A program made the translations under genes and the position numbers. The notes below the pieces were generated by a model. It had not been told where the DNA came from. It searched no databases and saw nothing but the letters and a program-made list of their open reading frames with translations. DNA of 64,000 nucleotides from Chthoniobacterales bacterium (GTDB lineage Bacteria > Verrucomicrobiota > Verrucomicrobiia > Chthoniobacterales > JACTMZ01): assembly GCA_014879535.1 (NCBI GenBank), contig JACSRX010000029.1, positions 93,476-157,475 on the forward strand. The letters are read 5' to 3'. Position 1 is the first letter of the stretch. Every line of letters starts with the position of its first letter. Shown one piece after another: positions 62,681-64,000 of this stretch.

Positions 62681-63802
62681 ATGGCCAGTGTCACCCTCCA
62701 GAACGTCACGAAGATCTACCGCGGCCTCCGCGGGGAGGAGGTTCCCGCCGTCCTCGACCTCTCGATCGAGGTTCCCGACCGTGCTTTCGTCGTTCTCCTC
62801 GGGCCGTCCGGTTGCGGCAAGACGAGCACGCTGCGCATGGTCGCCGGTCTTGAGCGCCTCACGTCGGGACGCATCCTCATCGGCGGCACCGATGTCAGCG
62901 ACCTGCCCCCGGGCGACCGCGACGTGACGATGGTCTTCCAGAACTATGCGCTGTATCCCCACCTCAGCGTGGCCGACAACCTTGCCTTCGGTCTCCGGGT
63001 CCGAAAGACCCCCGTCGCCGAGATCTCCCGCCGGGTCCGCGAGGCCGCCGCCATCCTCGGGATCGAGGACCTCCTCGAACGCATGCCCGGCGACCTCTCC
63101 GGAGGCCAGCAGCAGCGCGTGGCCGTGGGCCGCGCCATCGTGCGCCAGCCCCGCGTTTTCCTTTTCGACGAGCCGCTTTCCAACCTCGATGCAAGCAAAC
63201 GCGCCCAACTCCGCGCCGAGCTGATCAAGCTCCACCAGCGGCTGCAGACGACCATCATCTATGTGACCCACGACCAGGCGGAGGCCATGACCATGGGCAC
63301 CAGCATCGCCCTCCTCCGGGATGGCTCGCTCCAGCAATCCGGGGCTCCTCTCGAACTTTACCGGAGCCCGGCGAACACCTTCGTCGCCGGCTTCCTCGGC
63401 AGCCCGCCGATGAATTTCATACGCGGCACGCTCCATGTCCGCGATGGCAACCGCCATGTCTTCCGTGAAAGCGGCGCAGGCTCCATGGAGATCGAGTTGG
63501 CGCCCCGACGGGACATGACGCGCCTGATCGAGAAGGAAATTCTTCTCGGACTGCGCCCGGAGAATTTCCAGCCACTCATGCCCGGACAAACCCCGGATGC
63601 GGCCACGTTCCCCGCCCACCTCGACATCGTCGAGCCCACGGGGGCCGAATCCATCTGCTACCTGCAGACGGGTGCGAACACACTCATTTGCCGCAGCCGC
63701 CACGTGGTGGACACCCGTGAAGCCGGCCACCGCATGCTCTTCCGAGCCGACATCTCCAACCTCCTCCTCTTCGATCCCGCAACAAGCCAGCGGATCGACT
63801 GA
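62681..63802 (+). CDS. Sugar-type ABC transporter ATP-binding protein (MalK/UgpC-like)
   Basis: Start at MASVTLQNVTKIY. Walker A GPSGCGKTS, signature LSGGQQQRVA, Walker B FLFDEPLSNLD. C-terminal regulatory beta-domain. Confidence 0.9.
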   Translation: MASVTLQNVTKIYRGLRGEEVPAVLDLSIEVPDRAFVVLLGPSGCGKTSTLRMVAGLERLTSGRILIGGTDVSDLPPGDRDVTMVFQNYALYPHLSVADNLAFGLRVRKTPVAEISRRVREAAAILGIEDLLERMPGDLSGGQQQRVAVGRAIVRQPRVFLFDEPLSNLDASKRAQLRAELIKLHQRLQTTIIYVTHDQAEAMTMGTSIALLRDGSLQQSGAPLELYRSPANTFVAGFLGSPPMNFIRGTLHVRDGNRHVFRESGAGSMEIELAPRRDMTRLIEKEILLGLRPENFQPLMPGQTPDAATFPAHLDIVEPTGAESICYLQTGANTLICRSRHVVDTREAGHRMLFRADISNLLLFDPATSQRID

Positions 63803-63805
63803 CCC

Positions 63806-64000
63806 ATGTCCGTCCTGCGCCCACGCGAAGCCATCGAGGAAATCGAAGCCTCAACCTTGGCACCCTACGCCCAGCGCTCGGCCGCGGGGCGCGGACGCCT
63901 CCACCCGCAGGACGCCCACCATTGGCGCACCGAATACCAGAGGGATGTCTCCCGCATCATCCACTCCGCAGCGTTCCGGCGCCTCGAATACAAGACGCAG
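63806..64000 (+). CDS. dGTP triphosphohydrolase-like (HD-domain) protein, N-terminal part; runs off the window end
   Basis: Own translation: MSVLRPREAIEEIEASTLAPYAQRSAAGRGRLHPQDAHHWRTEYQRDVSRIIHSAAFRRLEYKTQ. The F/YQRD..RIIHS.AFRRL..KTQ block is the family hallmark. Confidence 0.75.
   Translation, partial: MSVLRPREAIEEIEASTLAPYAQRSAAGRGRLHPQDAHHWRTEYQRDVSRIIHSAAFRRLEYKTQ

Overview
High-GC bacterial chromosomal segment, about 65% G+C by spot counts. The gene content fits a PVC/Verrucomicrobiota-like organism, but that is an inference from secreted-protein architectures only. I found no rRNA, tRNA or CRISPR array. Most of the window is housekeeping: carA, pheST, rplT-rpmI, tyrS, smc, glgP, an M20 peptidase, an RND efflux pair, an AaeXAB-like efflux set, an Mla-like operon and a glutaminase/HdeD/GltS cluster. 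Three accessory parts stand out. (1) A roughly 6.9-kb island (about 35.55-42.43 kb) is wedged between a TlpA-like thioredoxin gene and the 3' end of tag. It carries an intact UPF0175 gene coupled to a decayed DUF3368 gene, an intact vapBC pair and a toxin-antitoxin remnant. It also has three direct copies of the tag 3' end and an island-specific repeat family. Its main cargo is a low-GC 1,464-codon gene encoding a PD-(D/E)xK-like nuclease domain, an SF2 DEAH helicase and eleven tandem HA (helicase-associated) repeats. No integrase, transposase or methyltransferase is visible. This single-gene nuclease-helicase is my best candidate for an undescribed, possibly anti-mobile-element, system. (2) Two adjacent giant secreted proteins (10.1-17.9 kb) share five copies of an unassigned module of about 210 aa. 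They also share a C-terminal tail with a 13-repeat beta-propeller protein at 48.9-52.0 kb. (3) Several unusual architectures: a motif-dead ABC ATPase inside the Mla-like operon, a solute-binding-protein/TRIC-channel fusion, an orphan WYL regulator next to an FHA-TM protein, and a CYTH-like gene coupled to a split ChrA pair. Many long ORFs in the supplied track are antisense shadows of real genes, as expected at this GC content, and were rejected. All family assignments come from motif reading by eye, with no database search.
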